Position numbers and translations under genes: made by a program
Assembly (NCBI GenBank): GCA_965225945.1
Contig: CBDDBZ010000038.1
Location: 160,001 to 224,000 of the forward strand
Direction: 5' to 3'
Length of the DNA stretch: 64,000 bases
From: Alphaproteobacteria bacterium
GTDB lineage: Bacteria; Pseudomonadota; Alphaproteobacteria; GCA-2731375
Shown here: positions 1-9,717 of the stretch, in pieces
Layout: each line of letters opens with the position of its first letter
Position numbering within the stretch: position 1 is the stretch's first letter
Notes under the pieces: generated by a model
Databases searched by the model: none
What the model saw: the letters and a program-made list of their open reading frames with translations, nothing else
What the model was told of the DNA's origin: nothing

Positions 1-410
1 CGGCGACCGCCTCGCCCTGCTATTGCGGCAAGCGGGGTTGCATCGAGACCTTCCTCTCCGGCCCGGCGCTCTCCCGCGACCATCGAAGCCGCACGGGCCA
101 GGACCTCGAGGCGGATGAAATCGCCACCAGGGCAGAGGCCGGCGACGGCGAGGCGGTGGCAACGCTCGAGCGCTACGAACGGCGCCTCGCCAAGGCCCTC
201 GCGGGACTGATCAACGTCGTCGATCCCGCCGTCATCGTCCTCGGCGGCGGTCTCTCCAACCTCGCCCGACTGTATGAGAACGTGCCGCGCCTGTGGGCCG
301 CGTACGTGTTTTCCGACGAGGTCGCCACGATCCCGCGCCCGGCGCTGCACGGCGATTCGAGCGGTGTTCGGGGCGCGGCCTGGCTCTGGCCCCGGGAGGG
401 CGCGGCATGA
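1..410 (+). CDS. ROK family sugar kinase (fructokinase-like), 5' part outside window
   Basis: Reading frame contains CYCGKRGCIE Zn motif, IVLGGGLSN and HGDSSGVRGAA C-terminus; stop overlaps the next ATG (ATGA 407-410). Confidence 0.85.
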   Translation, partial: ATASPCYCGKRGCIETFLSGPALSRDHRSRTGQDLEADEIATRAEAGDGEAVATLERYERRLAKALAGLINVVDPAVIVLGGGLSNLARLYENVPRLWAAYVFSDEVATIPRPALHGDSSGVRGAAWLWPREGAA

Positions 411-1687
411 CGGCGATGCCCGCCTTCTGCCGCGACTGCGGCGGCGATGGCGCAGGACGCGAGACGCGCTGCCCCGCTTGCGGCTCGCCTCGCGTCCTCA
501 GCCACCCGGAGCTCGAAATCTTGGCGATCGCCCATATCGACTGCGACGCCTTCTACGCCTCGGTGGAGAAACGTGACGATCCCGGGCTCCGCGACCGCCC
601 GGTGATCGTCGGTGGCGGCCGGCGCGGCGTCGTCAGCGCCGCCTGCTACATCGCCCGCACCCGGGGCGTCTATTCGGCGATGCCGATGTTCAAGGCCCTG
701 TTGGCGTGTCCGGAAGCCAGGGTGATCCGACCGGACATGGCCAAGTATGCGACCGCCGGCCGCGAGATCAGGGCGATCATGCGGGCTTACACGCCACTGG
801 TCGAGCCGCTGTCGCTCGACGAGGCGTTCCTCGATCTCTCGGGCACGGAGGCGCTGCACGGCAACACGCCGGCGCGCACGCTCTGCGAAATCATTCGCCG
901 CATCGAGGCCGAGGTCGGCGTTACCGCCTCGGTCGGCCTCAGCTACAACAAGTCGCTCGCCAAGATCGCCTCCGACCTCGACAAACCCCGGGGCTTTGCC
1001 GTGATCGGCCGGGAAGAGGCGACCCGCTTCCTCGCCGAACGGCCGGTGAGCCTGATCTGGGGCGCCGGCAAGGCTCTGCAGCGCCGCCTGGCGCGGGACG
1101 GGATCAGCCGGATCGGCCAACTGCAGAGCCTCGACGAGGCCGGGTTGGTCGCGCTCTACGGCGTGATGGGACGCCGGCTCGCCCAATTCGCCCGAGGCGA
1201 GGATACTCGCGTCGTCAACCCGAGCGCACCCACCAAGAGCCTTTCCGCCGAAACCACCTTCGAGACCGACATCACCGACTTCGCGGCCCTCGATCGGAGG
1301 CTCTGGCGCCTCACCGAGAAGGTCGCGGGCCGACTCAAGCGGGCCGAGCTTTCGGGCCGTACCGTGACCCTCAAGCTCAAGAGCGCCGAGTTTCGCATCC
1401 GCACGCGCGCGACCACCCTGATGGCCCCGACACAGCTCGCCGACGTGATCCATCGCGGTGCTTCCGAGCTCCTGCGCCGCGAGGTGGACGGCACGCCCTA
1501 TCGCTTGATCGGTGTCGGCGTCTCCATGCTGGGGGAAGCGAGCGGCGAGGATCCGATCGACCTCGCCGATCCGGGGTTCGGCCGGCGCGCCAAGGCGGAA
1601 CGGGCCATGGACCAAGTACGCGATCGCTTCGGCGGCGCCGCGATCGTCAAGGGTCGGGGCCTCCCGGCCGGCCCGGTGGAGGGCTGA
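407..1687 (+). CDS. dinB: DNA polymerase IV with N-terminal Zn ribbon
   Basis: HIDCDAFYASVE, SLDEAFLD and AKIASDLDKP Y-family motifs; CxxC...CxxC N-terminus. Confidence 0.95.
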   Translation: MTAMPAFCRDCGGDGAGRETRCPACGSPRVLSHPELEILAIAHIDCDAFYASVEKRDDPGLRDRPVIVGGGRRGVVSAACYIARTRGVYSAMPMFKALLACPEARVIRPDMAKYATAGREIRAIMRAYTPLVEPLSLDEAFLDLSGTEALHGNTPARTLCEIIRRIEAEVGVTASVGLSYNKSLAKIASDLDKPRGFAVIGREEATRFLAERPVSLIWGAGKALQRRLARDGISRIGQLQSLDEAGLVALYGVMGRRLAQFARGEDTRVVNPSAPTKSLSAETTFETDITDFAALDRRLWRLTEKVAGRLKRAELSGRTVTLKLKSAEFRIRTRATTLMAPTQLADVIHRGASELLRREVDGTPYRLIGVGVSMLGEASGEDPIDLADPGFGRRAKAERAMDQVRDRFGGAAIVKGRGLPAGPVEG

Positions 1688-1754
1688 GGTGAGGTCCTGA
1701 AACGACGAGTTTCGGGGCGCCTCGCGACGACGGCAACGTGACCGGACGGCGAGG

Positions 1755-2552
1755 TCAGCAGGACGAAGCCGGCAAGACCTCCAGATCCGAAAGCTCGCCC
1801 TTGATGGCGTAGTCTTGGAAGGTCAGGCGAAATCCGGCGGCGACGCCGTTGGCGTAGAGCACGAAGCCGATTTCCTGTTCCGGCGTTCCCTCGGGCACGT
1901 CCTCGCGCGGTTTTACCGGGAAATAGGCGAGGGTCACGGGCCAGGAATATTGACCCTCGACCAGCGGGCGGCCCGAGGCTTCGGGCCCGCGCCGCTCCCC
2001 GAAGACGACGAAGACGTCATAGTGCGAATCTAGACGGCCGCCATCGAACAGCCGGTAGCCCGCCGTCCGCTTGCCCGCCTCCGCATCGCGCAGCACCGAG
2101 ACCATCAACTGCGTGGGAAACAGGGTCGATGGCGGTAGCTCGAGTTCGGATACTTCCGGTTCCTGAAACGCGACCCTGGCACCGCCGGCGGTTCTTGCCG
2201 CCTCGCCGCGCACCGCCTCGAACGTTTTGTGGTTGATGTCGTGACGGGTCGAGAAGCGGAAGCGCTCGCCATCGCGACTCTCCCAACTGGCAACGTTGAT
2301 TTCGTTCAGTATTTTCCTGCCGTTGACGTCGGTCAGGAGCGTCTTCATGTGCTGGCTGGTGACGAAGCCCTCGCACTCCTCCGACCATTCCGTCAGCAGC
2401 TTCCCCTCGAGCTGGGCGATACCGCTACCGGAATTGCTGGTCAGCAAGGTCAATTCGTACCCCGCGCGGTGCGAGAGCAGACGGATATCGGCCGCGCCGG
2501 CCTGGAGGGCCGGAACACAGGCGAACAGTAGCGAGACGAACAGGCGCCACAT
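1755..2552 (-). CDS. EipB/DUF1849-like periplasmic envelope integrity protein
   Basis: Signal peptide, then HRAGYEL, WESRDG and LYANGV motifs typical of the family. Confidence 0.75.
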   Translation of the reverse strand: MWRLFVSLLFACVPALQAGAADIRLLSHRAGYELTLLTSNSGSGIAQLEGKLLTEWSEECEGFVTSQHMKTLLTDVNGRKILNEINVASWESRDGERFRFSTRHDINHKTFEAVRGEAARTAGGARVAFQEPEVSELELPPSTLFPTQLMVSVLRDAEAGKRTAGYRLFDGGRLDSHYDVFVVFGERRGPEASGRPLVEGQYSWPVTLAYFPVKPREDVPEGTPEQEIGFVLYANGVAAGFRLTFQDYAIKGELSDLEVLPASSC

Positions 2553-2830
2553 GCCCAATTCTCCTTCTGCCTTGCGACGGCTTCGCGTCGAGGGGCCCCT
2601 CTCGTCGACTCGGTGGGATTGTAACCCTTCCAAGCGCTTTCGACAGGACCGAGTTGGGTAAAATCTTCCCCCCGGCGGGAAAATATCGCCCCGTCGCCGA
2701 CCCGAGAACGAGTCCGGGCGGGTGTTCAAGGCGGGAAACTCCGGAATTTCGCCGCCCCTTTGATGGCACGCCCGTTGCTTGGTGTTCCCCGCGTCGGCGA
2801 AATACCGACAACGAGTTCGCAATCGAAGTC

Positions 2831-4006
2831 ATGAAAGAACCGACCATGGACATTCGACGTTTCCGCTGGGCCTGCAAGCCAATGCCGACGAAGTTGAGCC
2901 GCACGCGGGCCGCGCTCGCCCAAACTTCGCTAACCGGCCTCGAACTCGATCCCTGGGAGATGGCGCGAACGGCGATCGACATGGCGGCGAGCGCGCGCCA
3001 GACGATCCGCCAGCAGCGGTCACGGATCGACGAATTGGAAAACCTGATCATGACGGACGAGCTCACCGGGCTCGCCAATCGCCGGGGTTTCCTCGCCGGG
3101 CTCGATCACGTCCTCGGCTGCGCCGAGCGATATCGCGACGGTGGCGCCCTGGCCTTCCTCGACATCGATGCCTTCAAGCAGATCAACGCTTGCCTATCCG
3201 GTTATCACCCACACCCCTATATGTACGACTCGCGCCAGCGATCCGGCTAATTCTTGGTTCTGAAAACCGAACCGGAGTTTAATTCACGTCACGTACTTAA
3301 ATCGGGGGACGGAACGGTGGCGACCAAGGGAAAAACGGACCCACGGCCAGACGGGAAGCTGCTGATGAAACGACATCGTCTGAGCGATTGACGGCACTAG
3401 TCGCGACTTGGCGCGCACGAATCGTTCGAAGAACCCGTCCGCGCCGGCGCGTTTTGAGTCGCAGCGAAGACGAAGCGACACGCAAGAACGCCAATCGCCG
3501 TATTGGGTTTCCTCCGCCGGGCTCGATCACGTCCTCGGCTGCGCCGAGCGATATCGCGACGGTGGCGCCCTGGCCTTCCTCGACATCGATGCCTACATAT
3601 AGTGGGTGTCAAGCAGATCAACGACACCCACGGCCACGCCAGCGGGGACTCCGTCCTGCGCAAGGTCGGCGAGGTGCTGATCGCCAATACGCGCGGCAGC
3701 GACGTCGTCTCCCGCTTCGGCGGCGACGAGTTCGCCGTGCTTCTGTTCCGCCTCGGGCGGCGCGCAGCGATGGCCCGGGTCGAGCAGCTCAACGGCATGC
3801 TGAACAGCACCGTCGCCCGGCACGGGCCGACGGAGATACCGATCCGCGTAAGTTTCGGCGCGGTGCCGTTCGGCCCCGATGACGACGCCGAAGATCTTCT
3901 GCGCCGGGCCGATTCGGCGATGTATCGTGAAAAGCTGTCGGCGGCCGGGCCGCGCCTGGTGGCCGGTTACGAAACCTCGCCGTCCGAGCTGAGCAGCGCA
4001 CCGTAA
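2831..4006 (+). pseudogene. GGDEF diguanylate cyclase interrupted by an IS1595-derived insertion
   Basis: N-half TDELTGLANRR...FLDIDAFKQIN ends at 3188; C-half INDTHGH...RFGGDEF resumes after 3615. Confidence 0.85.
3189..3615 (+). mobile_element. Garbled copy of the IS1595-derived mini-element seen intact at 50004-50758
   Basis: Starts CTTGCCTATCCGGTTATCACCCACACCC; follows the reverse complement of 50758-50390 with many small deletions; GATCAACG at 3181-3188 and 3616-3623. Confidence 0.75.
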
Positions 4007-4848
4007 AGTTCGGGGCGTCGATCGCGAAACAATCCCCAGGAATCGCGCGCCCGTGCGATCGCCGCCAGATCGAGGCGATACAGCACGATCTCGTCGACCG
4101 AAGCGCCGAGATCGGCGACGATTTGGCCGGTCTCGTCGGTGATGAAGGACCGTCCGTAAAAGCTGATCTCGCTCTCGCCGCCGCGCTCCGTGCCGATCCG
4201 GTTGGCGGCAGCCACCGGTATCAGGTTGGCGGCGGCGTGGCCCTGCATCACACGGCGCCAATGGTCGCGGCTGTCGAGCGCCGGGGCCTGAGGTTCCGAG
4301 CCGATCGCGCTCGGGTAGAGTAGGATTTCGGCACCCTTCAACGCCATGGCGCGCGCCGCCTCCGGGAACCATTGATCCCAGCAGATCGCGACGCCGATCC
4401 GGCCGACGACCGTGTCCCAGACGCGAAAGCCGCTGTCGCCGGGGTTGAAGTGATACTTCTCCCGGTAGCCGGGGCCGTCGGGAATGTGGGACTTGCGATA
4501 GAGGCCGAGCGCGGCGCCGTCGGCATCGAAGACCATCACCGCGTTGTAGCGAGCCATGTTGGCGCGCTCGAAGAAGCTGATCGGCAGCACCACGCCCAAC
4601 TCCGCGGCCAGCGCGCCGAAGCGCTCCAGCGTCGGATGATCGGCGACGGGCGCCGCCAGTTCCAGGTTCTCCGGGATCTGGTCCTGCGGGAAGTAGGGCG
4701 TCTCGAAGAATTCCTGCAGCAAGACCAAACGGGCCCCCTCGCCCGCCGCGCGCCGCACCAGCGTCTCCGCCCGGTCCAGATTGTCGGCGCGATCGCTCCC
4801 GCAGCGCATCTGCGCCACCGCCATGACCAGCTCGCGCTCGGCTCTCAT
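3967..4848 (-). CDS. aguB: N-carbamoylputrescine amidase
   Basis: Nitrilase-fold LQE, YRKSHIPDGPGY and ICWDQWFPE; coupled to aguA. Confidence 0.92.
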   Translation of the reverse strand: MRAERELVMAVAQMRCGSDRADNLDRAETLVRRAAGEGARLVLLQEFFETPYFPQDQIPENLELAAPVADHPTLERFGALAAELGVVLPISFFERANMARYNAVMVFDADGAALGLYRKSHIPDGPGYREKYHFNPGDSGFRVWDTVVGRIGVAICWDQWFPEAARAMALKGAEILLYPSAIGSEPQAPALDSRDHWRRVMQGHAAANLIPVAAANRIGTERGGESEISFYGRSFITDETGQIVADLGASVDEIVLYRLDLAAIARARDSWGLFRDRRPELYGALLSSDGEVS

Positions 4849-5882
4849 GGCCGGGCCTCGCCGCCCGCCGGTTCCTGCAACGTGATGCAGTGGAGCCCGC
4901 CACCGCCGCCGACGATTTCGGCGCAAGACAGTTGGACCACGTCGCGGGTCGGAAACTGCTCGGCGAGGATAGCGCGCGCGTGATCGTCCATCGGATCGCC
5001 GAAGCTCGGCACGAAGACCGCACTGTTGGCGACGAAGAAGTTCGCGTAGCTCATCGCCAGCATGCCGGATTGGCCGCGTCTCGGCGCCGGCAGGGGCAAT
5101 TCGACGACGTCCAATCGACCTCCGCCGCCCGAGGACGTGCTCCGCAGGACCTCCAGATTCTCCTCCAGCCGTGCCCGATTGGGGTCGTCATCGGCAGAGG
5201 CGGCGGCGGCGACCACGCGGCCGGGCGAAACAAAACGGGCGACGTTGTCGACATGTCCGTCGGTCTCGTCGTCGACCAGGCCGTACGGCAGCCAGATGAT
5301 CCGCCCGACGCCGAGATAGAGCGCCAGGCGTTCCTCCACCTGGCGGCGATCGAGCGTCGGGTTGCGGTTGGCATTGAGGATCGAGGGTTCCGTCGCCAGC
5401 AGTAGACCGGCCCCGTCGACGTCGATGGCGCCGCCTTCCAGAACCATCGGCCCATCGTATCGCGGCAGCTCCAGTGCCTCCAGCATGGCATCGGCGAGGC
5501 GCGCGTCGGCGTCGTGGGGATGATGGCGGTTGCCCCAGCCGTTGAAGCGCCAAGCGACGCCGGCGCAGCCACCGGAATCATCGGCGAGAAAGGTCGGTCC
5601 GGTATCGCGGGTCCAGGAATCGTCGATCTCGGCCTGACGAACCTCGACCTTTCGGCCGAGCTGCAGGCGCGCCGTCGCCTCGAGCGCTTCCGGCACCAGC
5701 ATGACCACCGGTTCCGCCTCGGCGATGGTCCGCGCCACCCGGGCATAAGCGCGACAGGCCGCGTCGAACCCCGCCCCCCAAAGCGAAAGACGGCAGGGCC
5801 AGGCCATCCAGCAGCGCGCGTGCGGCGCCCATTCCGGCGGCATCCGGTAACCGTCCATCGCCGGCAGGCGCTCGTCCATCAT
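4845..5882 (-). CDS. aguA: Agmatine deiminase
   Basis: MPPEWAPH, DDSWTRDTGP, LEGGAID, TDGHVDN and GGGGLHCITLQ. Confidence 0.93.
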   Translation of the reverse strand: MMDERLPAMDGYRMPPEWAPHARCWMAWPCRLSLWGAGFDAACRAYARVARTIAEAEPVVMLVPEALEATARLQLGRKVEVRQAEIDDSWTRDTGPTFLADDSGGCAGVAWRFNGWGNRHHPHDADARLADAMLEALELPRYDGPMVLEGGAIDVDGAGLLLATEPSILNANRNPTLDRRQVEERLALYLGVGRIIWLPYGLVDDETDGHVDNVARFVSPGRVVAAAASADDDPNRARLEENLEVLRSTSSGGGGRLDVVELPLPAPRRGQSGMLAMSYANFFVANSAVFVPSFGDPMDDHARAILAEQFPTRDVVQLSCAEIVGGGGGLHCITLQEPAGGEARP

Positions 5883-6049
5883 TCCGTCCCCGCCCCCGAT
5901 CGACCCCTCGGATCGCCTGGGAGCATAGGCGAAGCACGCCCCGGCGACGAGAGGCCCGGGGTCTGCCCGAGGTCTGACGATTTCACTTGTCGGGCCGGCC
6001 GGCGGCGATATCATCCGGGCGCGATCGAGGTGCAACAGGGGAGAAAACC

Positions 6050-6508
6050 ATGGCCGGCAAGATCGACGCGCGGCTCGCCGAACTCGGGATCGACTTGCCG
6101 GATGCCCCGGCACCGGCCGCCAATTACGTGCCCTTCGTGGTCAGCGGCGCCACGGTCTACATCGCCGGACAGTTGCCTTTCCTCGACGGCGGCCTGAAAC
6201 ACAACGACCGGGTCGGCGAGACCTATTCGGTCGCGGAAGCGAAGGCGGCCGCGCGGCTCTGCGGCCTCAACATCCTGGCGCAGCTCCGCAATGCCTGCGA
6301 CGGCGATCTCGATCGCGTGGTCCGCTGCTGCAAGCTCGGCGGCTTCGTCGACGGCTTCGCCGGCCAACCGGAGGTGGTGAACGGCGCCTCGGACTTGATG
6401 GTCGAGGTGCTGGGCGAGGCGGGACGGCACGCGCGCTTCGCCGTCGGCGTCAACGCGCTGCCCCGCAACGTGCCGGTCGAGGTCGACGCGATCTTCGAGA
6501 TTTTCTAA
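6050..6508 (+). CDS. RidA/YjgF family protein
   Basis: PAANYVP, NGASDL, GRHARFAVG and LPRNVPVEVD. Confidence 0.9.
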   Translation: MAGKIDARLAELGIDLPDAPAPAANYVPFVVSGATVYIAGQLPFLDGGLKHNDRVGETYSVAEAKAAARLCGLNILAQLRNACDGDLDRVVRCCKLGGFVDGFAGQPEVVNGASDLMVEVLGEAGRHARFAVGVNALPRNVPVEVDAIFEIF

Positions 6509-6511
6509 GGC

Positions 6512-7282
6512 ATGATCCGCGCGCCCGGCATCGGCCGGCCAACCGCTTCCCCGCCGGCATGGCTCGTCGAGCGGCCGATCGCACACCGCGGCCTGCATGA
6601 TGCCCGTCGCGCCATCCCCGAGAATACGCTGGCCGCATTTCGGGCGGCGATTCGCGCTGGCCATCCGATCGAACTCGACACCCGGCTCTCGGCCGACGGC
6701 CGGGCGATGGTGTTCCACGATTGCGAACTCGAACGCCTGACCGATCTGGCCGGACCCGTGGTGGCGCGGACGGCGGCGGAGTTGGGCCAAGTCCGGGTGC
6801 TCGGCACCGTGGAGCGGATCCCGACCCTGGACGAGGTCCTCGATCTGGTCGCCGGGCGGGTCCCGCTGCTGATCGAACTCAAAATCTGGACGGCCGACAT
6901 CGGCGCCTTGGGCTCGGAGGTCCGAGGCCATCTGCGAGACTACGAGGGGGCGGTGGCGGTGCAGTCCTTCAACCCGCTCAGCCTCGCCTGGTTCCGCCGC
7001 CTGGCACCGGAATATGCGCGCGGCCAGATCTCCGGCGACTTTCGACGCTATGACATCGACCAGCCGGCGTGGCGGGGCGTGATGCTCGGGCGGATGCAAT
7101 CGACTCGGGAAAGCGCGCCGGACTTCATCGGCTACGACGTCCGCGACCTGCCGTCGGCCGTGGCCGCCCGGGCGCGGCGGCGCGGACTGCCGGTGCTCGC
7201 CTGGACGGTCCGAAACCGTCGCGAGCTCGCCCGCGCGCGCCATCACGCGGACGGGGTCATCTTCGAGCGGATCAGGCCCTGA
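6512..7282 (+). CDS. Glycerophosphodiester phosphodiesterase family protein
   Basis: IAHRGLH, PENTLAAF, IELD, VFHD and QSFNP. Confidence 0.9.
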   Translation: MIRAPGIGRPTASPPAWLVERPIAHRGLHDARRAIPENTLAAFRAAIRAGHPIELDTRLSADGRAMVFHDCELERLTDLAGPVVARTAAELGQVRVLGTVERIPTLDEVLDLVAGRVPLLIELKIWTADIGALGSEVRGHLRDYEGAVAVQSFNPLSLAWFRRLAPEYARGQISGDFRRYDIDQPAWRGVMLGRMQSTRESAPDFIGYDVRDLPSAVAARARRRGLPVLAWTVRNRRELARARHHADGVIFERIRP

Positions 7283-7368
7283 ATATCCCTAAATATCGCC
7301 GCCATCGACAACCGGGGCCCTCCGCGCCATGCTTGGCGCCATGACTAGCCGTTGCTCGGAAGTGCTTC

Positions 7369-8574
7369 ATGGGTGACATCGAGCCCGAAACCATCACCGT
7401 ACGCGTCGCCCGCAAGCTCGCCGATATTCCGGCCGCCGAATGGGATGCCTGCGCCGGCGACGATAACCCCTTCGTCTCGCACGCCTTTCTGGAAGCGCTG
7501 GAGAGTTCCGGCTGCGTTCGCGCCAAGACCGGTTGGGCGCCCTATCACGTGGCTGTGGAGGACGACCGGGAGCGTCTGCTGGGCTGCGTGCCGCTCTACC
7601 TCAAGGGTCATAGCCAAGGCGAGTTCGTCTTCGACTACGGCTGGGCCGACGCCTATGAGCGAGCCGGCGGTCGATATTACCCGAAGCTGCTCTCCGCCGT
7701 GCCCTTCACGCCGGTCACCGGGCCACGCCTGCTGGTCCGCCCCGGCCTCGACCGGGAGATGATGTACGACCGGCTGATCGCCGGTTGCGTCGCCGTCGCC
7801 CGCCAGCTCGAGATCTCGACCCTCCACGTCAACTTCTCGACCGAGGCGGAGTGGCGCCGCATGGGAGCCTTCGGACTGTTGCAGCGTACCGACCAGCAGT
7901 TCCACTGGCTGAACGACGGTTACGACACTTTCGACGACTTCCTCGAGTCGCTCTCCTCGCGCAAACGCAAGACCATCCGCCGCGAACGGCGCGCCGTCGC
8001 CGAGAGCGGGATCGAGATCGAGGTCGTCTCCGGCCCCGACATCCGGGAGCAGCACTGGGAGGCCTTCTATCGCTTCTACATGGATACCGGCTCGCGCAAG
8101 TGGGGCCGGCCCTATCTGAACCTCCGCTTCTTCAAGCTGCTGGGCGAGCGGATGGCCGACCGCGTGGCTCTGGTGATGTGCCGCAACGACGGGCGCTGGA
8201 TCGCCGGCGCGCTCAATTTGATGGGCCGCGACACGCTCTACGGGCGCTATTGGGGCTGCATCGAGGATCACCGCTTCCTGCACTTCGAGACCTGCTATTA
8301 TCAGGCAATCGAGCACGCCATCCGCCTCGGGCTGAAACGCGTGGAGGCAGGCGCGCAAGGGCCGCACAAGATCGCCCGTGGCTATCTGCCGGTGCGTGTC
8401 TACAGCGCCCACTGGATCGCCGAGAAGCGGTTCCGCGACGCGGTGGAGGACTATCTGCGGCACGAGCGGCGAGAGATCGACCACAGTATCGAGCACCTGG
8501 CCGAGTTCGCCCCCTTCCGCAAGGGCGGCGAGGATCGGCCGAGCGATCGAGCAGGAGAAGGCCAAGGAAGATGA
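7369..8574 (+). CDS. GNAT/FemAB-like protein (DUF482 type)
   Basis: HSQGEFVFDYGWADA, YYPKL, LYGRYWG, LHFETCYYQ and EAGAQG. Confidence 0.9.
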   Translation: MGDIEPETITVRVARKLADIPAAEWDACAGDDNPFVSHAFLEALESSGCVRAKTGWAPYHVAVEDDRERLLGCVPLYLKGHSQGEFVFDYGWADAYERAGGRYYPKLLSAVPFTPVTGPRLLVRPGLDREMMYDRLIAGCVAVARQLEISTLHVNFSTEAEWRRMGAFGLLQRTDQQFHWLNDGYDTFDDFLESLSSRKRKTIRRERRAVAESGIEIEVVSGPDIREQHWEAFYRFYMDTGSRKWGRPYLNLRFFKLLGERMADRVALVMCRNDGRWIAGALNLMGRDTLYGRYWGCIEDHRFLHFETCYYQAIEHAIRLGLKRVEAGAQGPHKIARGYLPVRVYSAHWIAEKRFRDAVEDYLRHERREIDHSIEHLAEFAPFRKGGEDRPSDRAGEGQGR

Positions 8575-9611
8575 GCCTGTTTTACGACAACGCGCCGAGC
8601 GACATGGCGGCGGCGCTTCGGCGCCTCCCGGTGATCGAGCTGGCCGATGTCTTCGCGGGTGAGGCTGAGGCCCTGGAGCACGCGGCCGAGGAGATCCGCG
8701 CGGCTTGCGAGGAGGTCGGCTTCTTCTACATCCGGGGCCACGGCGTGGCGGAAGCGGTGATCGAGGAGGCTTTCGCGCAATCCCGTCGATTTCACGCCCT
8801 GCCGTTGGCGGAAAAACAGCCCCTGGCGCTGGACCAGAACAACATCGGCTACCTGGGGATGAACACCAGCATGCAGGCCCATTCCGCCGTGCACGAGGCG
8901 ACCAAGCCGAACCAGAACGAATCCTTCTTCGTGACCCACGACCGGGCGCCTGGCCATCCCGATGTCGTCGCCGGCACGCCCTTCCGCGGCCCGAACCAAT
9001 GGCCCGACGACCTGCCGGAATTCCGCGAAGGCGTGATGGCCTATTTCGAAGGCCTGAACGCTCTCGGCCAGCGCATGCTGGCGCTCTTCGCCCACGCGCT
9101 GCGCCTGCCGGCGGATGGCTTCGAGGCCGACTTCGAGGACGAGAACCACGCGACGCTCCGCCTGCTGCACTATCCCCCGACCGAGGGGGAGGACAACGAC
9201 TTCGGCACCGGGCCGCACACCGACAACAGCTTCTTCACGATCCTGGCGCGGGCCGAGGTGCCGGGCCTGGCGATCCGGCTGCCCGAGGGCGATTGGCTGC
9301 CACCGCCGCTGATCGAGGGGACCTTCCTCGTCAACATCGGCAACATGATGCGGCGGATGTCGAACGACCGATTCCACTCGACGCCGCACGGCGTCATCGT
9401 CGAGGGCGCGAAGGACCGCTACTCCATCGCCTATTTCCACAGCCCGCATGCGTATTCGATGATCCGCGTGCTTCCCTCGTGCATCGACGCGGAGACCCCG
9501 GCTAAGTATCCCCCGGTCCGCTATGCCGACCTGATCCGCGAGTTTTACAGCGTCAACTACTTCCACCAGAAAACCCACGGCGAGGCCGGTGTCCGCAATC
9601 GCTACGCGTGA
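8571..9611 (+). CDS. 2-oxoglutarate/Fe(II) oxygenase, isopenicillin N synthase family
   Basis: GFFYIRGHGV, LRLLHYPP, HTD...H iron triad and RYS. Confidence 0.9.
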   Translation: MSLFYDNAPSDMAAALRRLPVIELADVFAGEAEALEHAAEEIRAACEEVGFFYIRGHGVAEAVIEEAFAQSRRFHALPLAEKQPLALDQNNIGYLGMNTSMQAHSAVHEATKPNQNESFFVTHDRAPGHPDVVAGTPFRGPNQWPDDLPEFREGVMAYFEGLNALGQRMLALFAHALRLPADGFEADFEDENHATLRLLHYPPTEGEDNDFGTGPHTDNSFFTILARAEVPGLAIRLPEGDWLPPPLIEGTFLVNIGNMMRRMSNDRFHSTPHGVIVEGAKDRYSIAYFHSPHAYSMIRVLPSCIDAETPAKYPPVRYADLIREFYSVNYFHQKTHGEAGVRNRYA

Positions 9612-9717
9612 GGGTGCGATGCCGGCGCATGGATCTCGGCATTTGCGGCGCGCGAGATCGCGGCCGCGTCCGGTAGCGGTCACGCGGGAGGCAAATCGCA
9701 CGTGGCGGCGAACCGAT

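Noticed and set aside
173-1615. Long antisense and alternate-frame ORFs here and throughout (e.g. 3593-5023, 11922-13358, 22996-24660, 47818-49224)
   Set aside because: Shadows of real genes in high-GC DNA; Arg/Gly/Pro-rich with no motifs
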